63,930 nucleotides of DNA, filler included, from Squatina squatina (GCA_031763465.1; 4 parts of 4 records of this genome joined end to end with filler, not necessarily neighbours in it); one strand, 5' to 3'. Shown: positions 1-10,820, numbered from the whole stretch's first letter. Numbers and translations are program-made. The notes: a model not told the origin generated them from the sequence alone.

Positions 1-150
1 AGTCCCATGGAGATGGACAGTGGAAGGGAGCATTTGATTGACTATGTTGAAGGCTGCAGGGAGGTCAAGGAAACAAGGAGGGAAATGCACCTCATGACTT
101 TGGTGAGAACCATTTCAATTCATTGGAGGGGCAGAAACCTGATTGGAGAG
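1..150 (-). mobile_element. Degraded L2-type LINE RT fragment
   Basis: The minus strand gives LQSGFCP...LTKV...LDL.AAF remnants, similar to the copy at 41327-41620. Confidence 0.55.
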
Positions 151-662
151 ATTCAAACAGGACTCGATTTGGTTAGTGGTAAATTTGGTGCTGGAAACCC
201 TCCGGAATCTCGCTGAATGGTCATTCTTCATTATAAGCTGGGCCAGGAAATGTTAGACTCCATAACTTACTATAAAAGGCATGGTGGATACGGAGCAAAG
301 AATGGGGAAATCAGGGGAATTAATTCAAGGAATGGTCAAAAAGGTTTGAAGAAGTTTTTGAAGGTGAAGAGAGGAATAGCAAGGTGATAAGGTTTAGGGA
401 GTAAAATTTAATGGTACAGTGGTGCAATAGCTGAAGACTGATGCTGCAGCAGAGTGAAATGGGAACTAAAGTCAACTATAGTAAGAACAGAGGGTGAATG
501 CTGTTAAGTAGGGCTGGAGAAAATTAGAGACTAGAAAAGATTTCAGAGATTGAGCTGTGTAATGGGATTTGATCCTTAACAAACATCCGCACACACATAG
601 TTCCAGCAAGGATCACTTAGTTATAATTGTTTCAAGTGGAACAAGAATAGACTAAAGCATAC

Positions 663-851
663 CTGCTTGTCAAAGGCAACCCATGCTGGTGCATCACTGC
701 CTTGTCCCTTTGGGAATACACTGTACTTAGGCTTCAGCTTCTGACCAAGCAATGGTTCGCCACCAATGCCAGGTTTTTCCTCTCCAACCATCGTAGGGAC
801 TTTATTTGGGAAGTCAAAGTGATGAGATTTATGAAATTTCTCCTTTCCTAA
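663..851 (-). CDS. EFHC2: EF-hand domain-containing family member C2, coding exon 2 (partial gene)
   Basis: 189-nt exon bounded by AG (852-853) and GT (661-662). Translates LGKEKFHKSHHFDFPNKVPTMVGEEKPGIGGEPLLGQKLKPKYSVFPKGQGSDAPAWVAFDKQ, matching the recalled EFHC2 N-terminus (GKEKFHKS...KPGIGGEPLLGQK...WVAFDKQ). EFHC2-FUNDC1-KDM6A order as on human Xp11. Confidence 0.93.
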
Positions 852-1139
852 CTATAGTAAAGAAACAAAAAAACTAAAGTTGGAAAAACTTCAATAGTAG
901 AATTCACTTTCTGTTAATTTTTAATATAAAATAAACAGTATATTTTGAAAAGTTATTGCATGCAATGATTTTGTTGTAAATATCATTTTAATTCCTGATG
1001 CTTCTGTGTTCTTATTTGACGAAGAGAAGTACATGATTCTCAAGGCCTGTGTATTTTAACTACTGCTGTATGTTGACACAATAAAATGCTGTAACACCAT
1101 ATTTTCCTGGACTGCTCTCCCCCACCCAACTCAGGTACT

Positions 1140-1590
1140 AAAGTGGTACAGCACACCATAGTGTTTATGTTACTGGTCCAGTAATCCAGAGGCTTGACTA
1201 ATAATCCAGAGAATGTGATTTCAAAGCTCACCATGCAGTTTGATAACTTGAATTCAGTTTTACAAATCTGGAAAGAAAAAGCTAGTACCAGTAAAAGTGA
1301 CCATGAATCAGTTTGATTGTTGTAAAAACTCAATTGCTTCATTAAGGTCCTTTTAGGGAAGGANNNNNNNNNNNNNNNNNNNNNNNNNNNNNNNNNNNNN
1401 NNNNNNNNNNNNNNNNNNNNNNNNNNNNNNNNNNNNNNNNNNNNNNNNNNNNNNNNNNNNNNNAGCCACTCAGTACTGCAGCAGTTCAAGAAGGTGGCTT
1501 ATCACCACCTCCTCAAGGGCAACCAGGGATGGGCAATAAATACTGGCCTTGCCAGCGACGCCCACATCCCAGGAACGAATATAAAAAAAA
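1140..1590 (+). mobile_element. tRNA-derived SINE with LINE-like tail (spans a gap)
   Basis: Tail ...gggatgggcaataaa...gccagcgacgcccacatccca followed by an A-run. The same tail recurs at 39434-39460, and the core recurs reversed near 15280-15350. Confidence 0.65.
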
Positions 1591-2307
1591 GACAGTGCTG
1601 ATCTTATATTTAGTAACAAAAACTTGACGAGCACCAGATCTCAGCTGGAACTGTTCCTAAGTTAATGATTTCCTAAAGGTGGCCTCGCAAAACATTTATG
1701 GCTGATAAATAGGAAGGATCCATGTGTAAATAAATTACCAAAATTTTACTTTTTTGGTTTTAAACAATATTCTGTAAAATTTGAGGCTAAGTTTTTAATT
1801 TACATTGTCAACCAACTGAATTACATGAATGTGGAAGTATGACAGCCTCAGTCCCAGTTGCAGCTGGACAATAATAAGCTCTTTATATATTAATCAGATC
1901 CATTTTTCTAATAAATTTTAAATAGTATGTTTAATAAGCCTATACAACAGAAAATACAGCATTTACTTGGCTTGCTCTAGAGTTGGCAAAGAGCTTTACA
2001 GCATAAGTACAATATGAGAAACTATACAAAACTCTTTTTTAAACTCAACTGAGAAAATTAAAGCCTTCCTTGACAATATAAATATCTTAAATTGATTCAT
2101 TGAATTATAATTACAAGTACAGGATAAATCTTTTTTTCTTTTGTGTCCTTTTAATTAACTCTGTGCGCTTGAAATCTAAATTGTGACTCTTTGTGGGCTC
2201 TTGATACTGATGTGTGAGTTTTGCTCATACAGCGCTTTGGATTTTCAGGACCAAACTGTAGCTTTGTCTTCTTTGTTGTCATTCTGTCTGTACAGTGCCA
2301 GAAATTC

Positions 2308-2372
2308 TTAGGAAGCCAGTCCCAATAAAAAGCCTCCAACANNNNNNNNNNCTTCTTTACAAATTCAGCTGA
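2308..2372 (-). CDS. FUNDC1: FUN14 domain-containing 1, last coding exon (contains 10-N gap)
   Basis: Acceptor ttttcccccatag, then SAEFVKK-[gap][10 protein letters not shown], matching the FUNDC1 C-terminus ([23 protein letters not shown]). Stop TAA at 2308-2310. The gap is undersized (about 23 nt expected). Confidence 0.92.
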
Positions 2373-3827
2373 CTATGGGGGAAAATATTCAACAGTCAAG
2401 TAATATAACTCAAACCTGGAAATTTGCTGATAAATACATAATACTGCAACATTAATACAAAATTTAACGACATAAGATTATTTATTAAAGGAAAATACAG
2501 TGACTATTCATTTTTTGTATTGGTTGAATTATTAATAATTTTCAGAGAAAGCATACACTGATTATCTAGCATTCAAAGATAACCAAAGTTGTTACATGTT
2601 TTGTTCATGTAAATTCCAGTAATCAATCCAGAGCCTGGGATGTAAAGAAACATTATGTTCACAGGTTTCAACCTTACACTCTTTTTAAAATAACTTGTTC
2701 ATATACTTGGCTGAAAAATCTCTAAAAAAGATCTGAAATACGCATTGGTTCTGAAAGAGTTGGGTGGAGAGATTTTTGCACAACTAAAACTACAAACGAG
2801 GAGCTTATTAATTTAAAAAAAATAATAATTAGAGTTAGGAGGACGAGTGTGCTTTAAAAGACACTGCAAGAAGTTTTCCCTATTGCGATCTTCCAAGGTA
2901 CGACTGGTCAGAGATTGAAAGCAAAGCTGGCCAAGCCAAAGAATTACATTTTACAGAATATGTTTTTAACTACTAAAGTGTTTTTGTATGGCAAAAATGG
3001 AAATTTCTCACCCCAATTATGATTAAAACAAAGTTCTCACACACACAAAAATGATTTAAGTGGCACAGTCTGTTACAACATCAATGAACACATGCCCCAT
3101 GGAAATCACATTACGGTTGCCATAAATGGCAGCCCTGTTTTTGACTCAACTGTCTNNNNNNNNNNNNNNNNNNNNNNNNNNNNNNNNNNNNNNNNNNNNN
3201 NNNNNNNNNNNNNNNNNNNNNNNNNNNNNNNNNNNNNNNNNNNNNNNNNNNNNNNCCATAAACTTTACTTCAATCCTGTATACTTCCAAGCTGGTTTCAA
3301 AGTCCAATCTCCAATAGTTGAGATTTGAATCACCACTGACTCACATCAGGATACGGCTTCCGCTGATATAAAGATTTCTGCCAATGCAAACGAACATCAG
3401 GCTTATAACTTCAATCTTACTAATGCTGATTGACATTCCCTTTTTTCTGGGTGCCACTTTCTCTCCACCTATCATGTATTCCTATCTAACAGGGACAATA
3501 AAGCTTGGGAGCAACTGAACACCCAACGTGTATAGCAACTCAGTAAATGCAAAATGGACGACTGCCCCTAATACAAAGAACTGCTGCTTGGTGAACGTTA
3601 AAACTATAAACAAAATCCTGGATGTTGACTACTTTATAAGCTACGCTGGTTTTGCTGCTGTGGTATTCTTGAGCAACAGACCCCTGTACTACTGCATTTA
3701 AGGCTCTCTCACAGTTGACTTAATTTAAATAATATCGCACCCTATTACCGTGAAACTCGTTTGCCAACATTTATGAAAATTAAAATGATGAATACTACAG
3801 ATATTATTCAGATTAACCTTTATTTAC

Positions 3828-3903
3828 CTGCATCAAAAGGAACCCACCACCAATGGCTGTAGCTGCCAGCTTGCCAATCTTCTGAAATACAAAGCCTGCA
3901 CAC
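3828..3903 (-). CDS. FUNDC1: FUNDC1 coding exon 3
   Basis: 76-nt AG..GT exon encoding (W)[25 protein letters not shown], the FUN14 transmembrane segment. Phase matches exon 2. Confidence 0.95.
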
Positions 3904-4821
3904 CTGAAAGTTAGGAGATACAACAGCACTAAATATTAATGTTAGTTTTGGTTCTCCTTCTAAAACACTTTAATTGGATAAGTAATTTTACACCTCAATN
4001 NNNNNNNNNNNNNNNNNNNNNNNNNNNNNNNNNNNNNNNNNNNNNNNNNNNNNNNNNNNNNNNNNNNNNNNNNNNNNNNNNNNNNNNNNNNNNNNNNNNN
4101 NNNNNNNNNNNNNNNNNNNNNNNNNNNNNNNNNNNNNNNNNNNNNNNNNNNNNNNNNNNNNNNNNNNNNNNNNNNNNNNNNNNNNNNNNNNNNNNNNNNN
4201 NNNNNNNNNNNNNNNNNNNNNNNNNNNNNNNNNNNNNNNNNNNNNNNNNNNNNNNNNNNNNNNNNNNNNNNNNNNNNNNNNNNNNNNNNNNNNNNNNNNN
4301 NNNNNNNNNNNNNNNNNNNNNNNNNNNNNNNNNNNNNNNNNNNNNNNNNNNNNNNNNNNNNNNNNNNNNNNNNNNNNNNNNNNNNNNNNNNNNNNNNNNN
4401 NNNNNNNNNNNNNNNNNNNNNNNNNNNNNNNNNNNNNNNNNNNNNNNNNNNNNNNNNNNNNNNNNNNNNNNNNNNNNNNNNNNNNNNNNNNNNNNNNNNN
4501 NNNNNNNNNNNNNNNNNNNNNNNNNNNNNNNNNNNNNNNNNNNNNNNNNNNNNNNNNNNNNNNNNNNNNNNNNNNNNNNNNNNNNNNNNNNNNNNNNNNN
4601 NNNNNNNNNNNNNNNNNNNNNNNNNNNNNNNNNNNNNNNNNNNNNNNNNNNNNNNNNNNNNNNNNNNNNNNNNNNNNNNNNNNNNNNNNNNNNNNNNNNN
4701 NNNNNNNNNNNNNNNNNNNNNNNNNNNNNNNNNNNNNNNNNNNNNNNNNNNNNNNNNNNNNNNNNNNNNNNNNNNNNNNNNNNNNNNNNNNNNNNNNNNN
4801 NNNNNNNNNNNNNNNNNNNNN

Positions 4822-4899
4822 ATGATCGTGTTGAATGGCAGTGCAGGCTTGAAGGGCCGAATGGCCTACTCCTGCACCTATTTTCTATGTTTCTATGTA
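4822..4899 (+). mobile_element. CR1-type LINE 3' terminus
   Basis: gaagggccgaatggcctactcctgcacctattttctatgtttctatgt tail, recurring many times in the window. Confidence 0.8.
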
Positions 4900-5330
4900 T
4901 CCAGGAACTGAGTTCAGACTACCAGACTCATTTCAAGTAGAACCTTAAGAGCCAGCAGAGTCAGGAGACTTTCATCCCATCAGTATGGGCTAAATTCAAA
5001 CTAAAAATGACAAAGCTGAAAGGACAGGCCATTGATCCACTGTGCAGCCCAGGATAGTTTCATTAAAATATAACTTCTCTTTTATAAAAGCTACACATGT
5101 GGAACATTAGCACAGTGCTACTGGGCACCCCATTTTAAAACCTTCGTGGTTTTTAACCACATAAAAAAACCTCTCAAGAATTATTTTTGACTCAAACTAT
5201 TTATGTATTCCAGAGTTTGTGTTTCTCAGCTGCTTCTAAATGTCCATGTGCATTGGTAGAGGGAAAGAGAATTGTAAGAGTAGTTTAAATAGTGTTAACT
5301 TTGACAATATACAATGGTCTGCACACTCAC

Positions 5331-5487
5331 CAGCCAGTTACACCACCCATCATTAATTGAGTAGCTACAGAATATTTCTCTGCAACTGGTCCGGAATTCT
5401 GTCCAAAAATACGGCCCCACCACTCGTGTCGTCCTGAATATTCTGTCAGATCTACTACCTCAGAGGACTCGTCATCACTGTTTTGAC
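5331..5487 (-). CDS. FUNDC1: FUNDC1 coding exon 2 (LIR-region exon)
   Basis: 157-nt AG..GT exon encoding [52 protein letters not shown]. Exons 1 and 4 are not visible and presumably lie in gaps. Confidence 0.95.
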
Positions 5488-6003
5488 CTAAAGAAAGTGA
5501 ACAGTACAAACAATGGTTTATTTTTCTACTGCACAACAGACAAGCTGTTATGAGAAACAGGAGGTATGACAAATAAGAGCTGAAGGAATTGGTTTCAGTT
5601 AAAAGTTAAGAGAAAATCTGCCTCGGTTTCCATCCCCAATGCTGGTACTGTAATTACAGAGAACAAAGATAACGCTAACTGATGGCGTCATATCACTTAT
5701 CCACTCCACTATTGGGGTCAAGGACCAGCTTTTTTTATTCCAAAATCAAATTCTGGGGGTCCCTGATGATTTAGTGGGTTTACCATGGCTTGATCCCCTA
5801 TCTGCATTAACTGATCTCAACCAGGTAATGGTGGCAGCATTACAGTTGGCTTCAGTGTACCAAGGTTGAGGAGAGAGAAAAAAAAAATCACACAGGATTC
5901 CTGCTTCTGATTACTATCTAGTGATCCTTGCTGGAACGTGCATATGAATGAAAACAGGATTGAGCTCATCTGTACAATAGCAAAATACTGCGGATGCTGG
6001 AAT

Positions 6004-6083
6004 CTAGAATATAGAAACATAGAAACATAGAAAATAGGTGCAGGAGTAGGCCATTAGGCCCTTCGAGCCTGCACCGCCATTCA
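6004..6083 (-). mobile_element. CR1-type LINE 3' terminus
   Basis: (atagaaac)n tail plus the reverse complement of 4832-4899. Confidence 0.8.
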
Positions 6084-6239
6084 NNNNNNNNNNNNNNNNN
6101 NNNNNNNNNNNNNNNNNNNNNNNNNNNNNNNNNNNNNNNNNNNNNNNNNNNNNNNNNNNNNNNNNNNNNNNNNNNNNNNNNNNAAAGTTGTGCGCAGCGA
6201 ACAATCCTTTTATATTCCGACGAACCCTAACCTTGTTGA

Positions 6240-6500
6240 CGTGTATCGCGATTTCAATGATTTGCATTTTCGCTGTCCAATGAGGAGACAGCTGATACAG
6301 GCGCCAGTTCTAAAAAAAGAAAGACTGGGAATCGCAGTGGCCAATGGTTGTCGGCACTAGTCGGAAGGGGCGGGTTCTCGTGTCAGTTGATCCCGCAGCA
6401 CGAACTGACGTAAATCAACACAAAGGCACGTGGTGTGGGTGGCTGCTGGTCATTGGTGGGGAGTGGGTTTGCTGGTTGTGCGCTTACGGCGTGGATTCGG
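6240..6500. promoter_or_regulatory. TATA-less CpG-rich promoter upstream of KDM6A
   Basis: Local CpG enrichment with octamer ATTTGCAT (6260), CCAAT (6277, 6341), reverse CCAAT (6452), ETS core CGGAAG (6362), GC box GGGGCGGG (6367), CRE half-site TGACGT (6406) and E-box CACGTG (6427), about 270-500 nt before the KDM6A ATG. Confidence 0.75.
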
Positions 6501-6603
6501 TGTGACACAATTACAACTTTCTGCTTTGAAGTTTTTTCTCTTTTTTCTAATATCATTTCAATGCTGTTTTAATTTTTCTAAAAAATAAGGACTCCAGCAG
6601 CGC

Positions 6604-6738
6604 ATGGTAGAAAGGAGCAAGAGCTTGAAGGATGTGAAAGAAACAACAAAAAAGTCCACGGAAATAATAAAGAATAATAAAAATAAATTGCAAACATTTT
6701 TTTTCATCTCTGTCTGTAACCCCATGAAATCCTGTTGA
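6604..6738 (+). other. Upstream ORF (44 aa) in frame with KDM6A, ending in the ancestral start MKSC followed by TGA
   Basis: ATG 6604 is open to TGA 6736-6738: MVERSKSLKDVKETTKKSTEIIKNNKNKLQTFFFISVCNPMKSC*. The internal ATG 6724 is the canonical KDM6A start. Transcription of this stretch is not shown. Confidence 0.55.
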
Positions 6739-6765
6739 GTATCATTCGGTGATGAGGAAAAGAAA

Positions 6766-6851
6766 ATGGCGGCGGGAAAACCGAGTGAAATTGAGGATGA
6801 CTTTCCAACTCTGACGCCCCAGGAGAGAGACTCTATTGCAACTCTCGATAG
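6766..6851 (+). CDS. KDM6A: Lysine demethylase 6A (UTX), coding exon 1 from the second ATG
   Basis: MAAGKPSEIEDDFPTLTPQERDSIATLD(S), preceded in frame by VSFGDEEKK as in vertebrate KDM6A. Strong Kozak context aaaATGG. Donor GT at 6852. Confidence 0.9.
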
Positions 6852-6960
6852 GTTAGAAAATTCTGCAAGTTTTGTGTTGTGTTTTTGATTTAGTTTTAGT
6901 GTTTGTGCATAAATTAAAACCGATTTTAACGTATGTCATCTGTCTGTCGCTATCGCACAG

Positions 6961-7024
6961 CCGACTGTTTGGATTTCTGAAGGTTCATGAAGATGGCGCC
7001 AGAACGAAGGCCTTGTTAATAAAG
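6961..7024 (+). CDS. KDM6A: KDM6A coding exon 2
   Basis: 64-nt AG..GT exon encoding (S)RLFGFLKVHEDGARTKALLIK. Intron 1 is 109 nt. Confidence 0.95.
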
Positions 7025-8875
7025 GTAAGAGCTGAGAGAGACCTGCCTTTTTTGCATTTTTATCTATGTGTAGTAATAACAAACTTCTGCAATAGCCGCT
7101 TTCGAACAATAAAGCAAGGTTTGAGAAAGCCTTCCCACTTTACATAGGGTAGGCTCATTGAGTGATTTCATATGTATAATAACTTGAGAAGCAATGGTGC
7201 ATATGAACAGANNNNNNNNNNNNNNNNNNNNNNNNNNNNNNNNNNNNNNNNNNNNNNNNNNNNNNNNNNNNNNNNNNNNNNNNNNNNNNNNNNNNNNNNN
7301 NNNNNNNNNNNNNNNNNNNNNNNNNNNNNNNNNNNNNNNNNNNNNNNNNNNNNNNNNNNNNNNNNNNNNNNNNNNNNNNNNNNNNNNNNNNNNNNNNNNN
7401 NNNNNNNNNNNNNNNNNNNNNNNNNNNNNNNNNNNNNNNNNNNNNNNNNNNNNNNNNNNNNNNNNNNNNNNNNNNNNNNNNNNNNNNNNNNNNNNNNNNN
7501 NNNTGACCTGGAATCTGAACTTTGTTGTGTAAACGAAATTTACTTATTGAAGTGCAAAAAATAGGCACGTTGACGAGATTGTTTATGCGCTTTTAAGAAA
7601 AATGCACAATGTGATTCTCTCTCTCTCTCAACCTGTAGCACCAAGCAGTAAATGTAAAACATAATGAAATGGCTGCTATACCATAGCGTCTGTGTGAAAT
7701 TGTATTAAACATTTATTTTAAGTCCGGTATACATTTATTGGATGCAATTGCTGAAATGACAGCGGACCACATGTGTTCCAGGAAAACTTTTATATAGAAA
7801 TGGGCATTTGCAAGAGTCTGATTATTTGCACTGCAGTATACACGCGTTTTAAAATTAATTTTGTAATTTGATAGTTTTTGTATACATTGTGAAGTTTATT
7901 AATGTTGAATATTTCCGGAGTGTTCGATCTATCCTGTTTTTGATTACATACGTGAAAGGTTTCTTTCCGAGAAGAACTGCGTCTGTTTGTGTTTTTAATT
8001 GGGTGGTAGAGGTAAAAACCTAGTTTATGTAAGTGTTGTAATACTCTGTCCGGCATGTTTCTACTGAGCTATAATGGCTTCCATTAGTTCGAATTTTAGA
8101 TAAATCGCTTGTTTGCTTAATTCATGTTTTGTCCAAATACATTTTTGTAACGTTTTGATTGATAAGACATCACTCATTGTTTCTTAATGCATATTTATCA
8201 TTTTAAAAGTGAATATCAAGCTTTAATTCCCTTACTGGACAGTACTAAACCCTTTATTGAGTATCACTTCATTTAATTACAGCATAATGTAATGTCATAA
8301 CTCATTGCTTTTAGATTGTTCTAATTAGCTTTCCAACTTGTCATATGGCGAGACTATAAACAAGTAGTTAACTGTCAGTTGCATAGTTGTAAGTAAAAAT
8401 TGGCAGATTTGTAGACTGGACACCAAGGATTAAGGTCTAGTTGGAAACATTTGACCGCATATGTTTGTCTTGTGTAATCAAAATGCTTTCGATAGGATTC
8501 TATGAATCTTTATTGTGGATCATCACATTGCACCCATACCTGACTAGTCTATTCTCAACTAGAGACAGATACAAAACTTCCATAACCCTGGTACTTGTTT
8601 CAGTTAACAGAAAATGGGTTGGGAAAGAGTAGTGAAGTTCCTATGTAGCTCAGTGAGCTTATGTAGTATTACAGACCAACAAGGTCCCAAGTTTGATCTT
8701 GAATTTGTGCTAAACACACTGCTGATCTTAGCTCAGGTGGTGGTAGGTGTTCGACAAATGTGCGCAGTGAGAAATGACAAAAATAGTTCTGCTTTTGTTA
8801 CAAGGCTCACTAATCTCTAAATGAATGCATTCTGCCACTCATTGCTACTATAAGGAGGCCTGTATACAACGCCCA

Positions 8876-9180
8876 TTACAGTTTTAAATCCCTCTTATTC
8901 CTCAATTCTAGCCATAGAGTCTCTGCTGATTGCCTTCTCTTATCTATATCCTCTCTTACTAATGTTGTAGTAGTATATTTAATCATTAAGGCGTCCCCTC
9001 CTCCTCTACCAGTTTCTCTAATCTTTCTAAAAACCTGAGAACCTGGAATATTTAAATCCCAATCATGATCAGCTTGCAGCCATGTCTCAGTCATGGCCAC
9101 CATGCCATACCCTCCAAGCTGTATTTGAGCACCTAATTCACTCAATTTATTTCTTATATTCCATGCCTTAGTATATAAAC
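8876..9180 (-). mobile_element. CR1-type LINE ORF2 AP-endonuclease fragment
   Basis: ORF containing VAMTETWL...DLNIPG..VFRK.R..GRGGG.AL motifs. Confidence 0.85.
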
Positions 9181-9269
9181 TCTTATTTGGGCAAGAGACC
9201 CTAACTTGTCCTGTCTTGATGCTGCCTTTCTCACACCATTTAACTTAACACGTTTCCTGCTGTACCTAC

Positions 9270-9685
9270 TTCAGTTATGTGGAGAGACTCGAGGGGCTGG
9301 GAATATTTTCTTTACAGCAGAGAAGGGAGATTTAACAGAGGTGTTAACATTTTCATAGAATACATAGGAAGAAACTGTTTCTACTGGCGGGAGGGTCAGT
9401 AACCAGGGGACACCGACTTAAGGTAATTGGCAAAAGGACCAGAGGCGAGATGAGGAGAAATTGTTTTACACAGTGATTTGTTGTGATCTGGAATGCACGG
9501 CCTGAAAGGATGGTGGAAACAGATTCAATAGTAACTTTCAAAAGGGAATTTGATAAAAACTTGAAAAAGAAAAATTTGCTGGGTAATGTGGAAAGAGCAG
9601 GGGAGTAATTGGTAGCTCTTTCAAAGAGCTGGCACAGGCACGATGGGCCAAATGGCCTCCTACTGTGCTGCATCATTCTGTGAAT
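9270..9685 (+). mobile_element. CR1-type LINE 3' fragment
   Basis: Degenerate ORF2 C-terminus (TRGH.LK...FFTQ.V..WN) and a gggcc.aatggcctcct tail. Similar to 13830-14278. Confidence 0.8.
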
Positions 9686-10611
9686 TTCAAACAGATAACT
9701 TACAGATTGTTGAGTTGTCCCTGGAAGAAACTGGGCTGGATTCAAGATAGAGGCATGGAAAGGACTTTCTTCAGATGAAAGCAAAATATCAGAGGCAGAT
9801 TTCTTCATGCTTTGTAATGCTAGAAGAAAAACCAAATGTGATTGATATTCAGTTGAAAATAAATAAATGATTAAATAAAGGTCCTTTGACCTTCAAATAC
9901 TAGGTTTTCTATGACATTGACCTATTTATCTGATAACTAACAGTATGTTAGTTCTTACTTGGAGGAGGGGGTCTTTGTGGAGGCTGAGGTCGGTCAGGCA
10001 CTGACACAGATCTGCTTGTTGTACGTGGTCGAAATTCACTACAAGGAGCCATCTCCTGACTAATGGCGGTAAACGTTGTACCATCTAAAATAGGAGATGC
10101 ATATTTAGATGCCACAAAATAGCAAACAGCAAAAATCCCTAGCTTTCAGTAAAAAAAAATCAGAATATTGTTGTTGATCAGGTTCAAAAGTGGTTACATA
10201 CCTAGTATTTCTTCTTTTTGAGGCTGTGGCAGTCTGTTGAGTGACTGAAACTCAGGAGCTTCTTTAACACTAGATTCTGGAAACTCTTCTGCTGCATTTT
10301 TGTGATTCACTGTTTGTCCTGTCACCAAGTGCTGCGGAACAATTTCATCTAAATCTTCATCTATATCTCCTATAAAGAAGCAATGTGCATTTGGTTCATT
10401 TCAATAACCTACTTCATTTCCTGGAATAGAGGGCACTGATTTTTACAGCAAAAATGGGCAAACTTTCACCTTCGGCAGTAGTGTATGGCAGGCGATACCG
10501 ATCAGCATCCCCATTTTCGTTTCCATTCACTTCAAAGGAGAGGAAAATTGGGAATATAAAGGGCGGCCAATCAGATCGCCACTTTTACACCCCAAAGTTG
10601 AAAGTATGTAT

Positions 10612-10820
10612 CATAAGAACTAGGAGCAGGAGTAGGCCATTTGGCCCCTCGAGCCTTCTCCGCCATTGAACAAGATCATGTCTGAGCTTCTACCTCAACG
10701 CCATTTTCCTGCACTATTCCCAAATCCCTTGATTCTCTTAATATCTAGAAATCTATCAATCTCGGTCTTGAATATACTCAATGACTGAGCCTCCACAGCC
10801 CTCTGGGGTAGAGAATTCCA
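10612..10820 (-). mobile_element. CR1-type LINE 3' terminus
   Basis: taggagcaggagtaggccatt...ggtagagaattcca, the same family as 34745-34927 and 38530-38750. Confidence 0.8.

Noticed and set aside
2898-2960. Plus-strand YDWSEIESKAGQAK resembling FUNDC1 exon 4 (IDWKRVEKDVNKAK)
   Set aside because: Wrong strand, weak similarity and no matching splice sites. The real exon 4 is probably in the gap at 3156-3255.
3939-4940. 333-aa ORF and other X-filled ORFs in the track
   Set aside because: They are artefacts of translating through N gaps.
6733-6741. Cys-Sec (TGT TGA) selenocysteine or programmed readthrough in KDM6A
   Set aside because: The homologous residue is Gly, not Cys. The context TGA-GTA is not the favourable TGA-CTAG. 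No SECIS can be assessed because the 3' UTR is absent. Kept only as a remote alternative.
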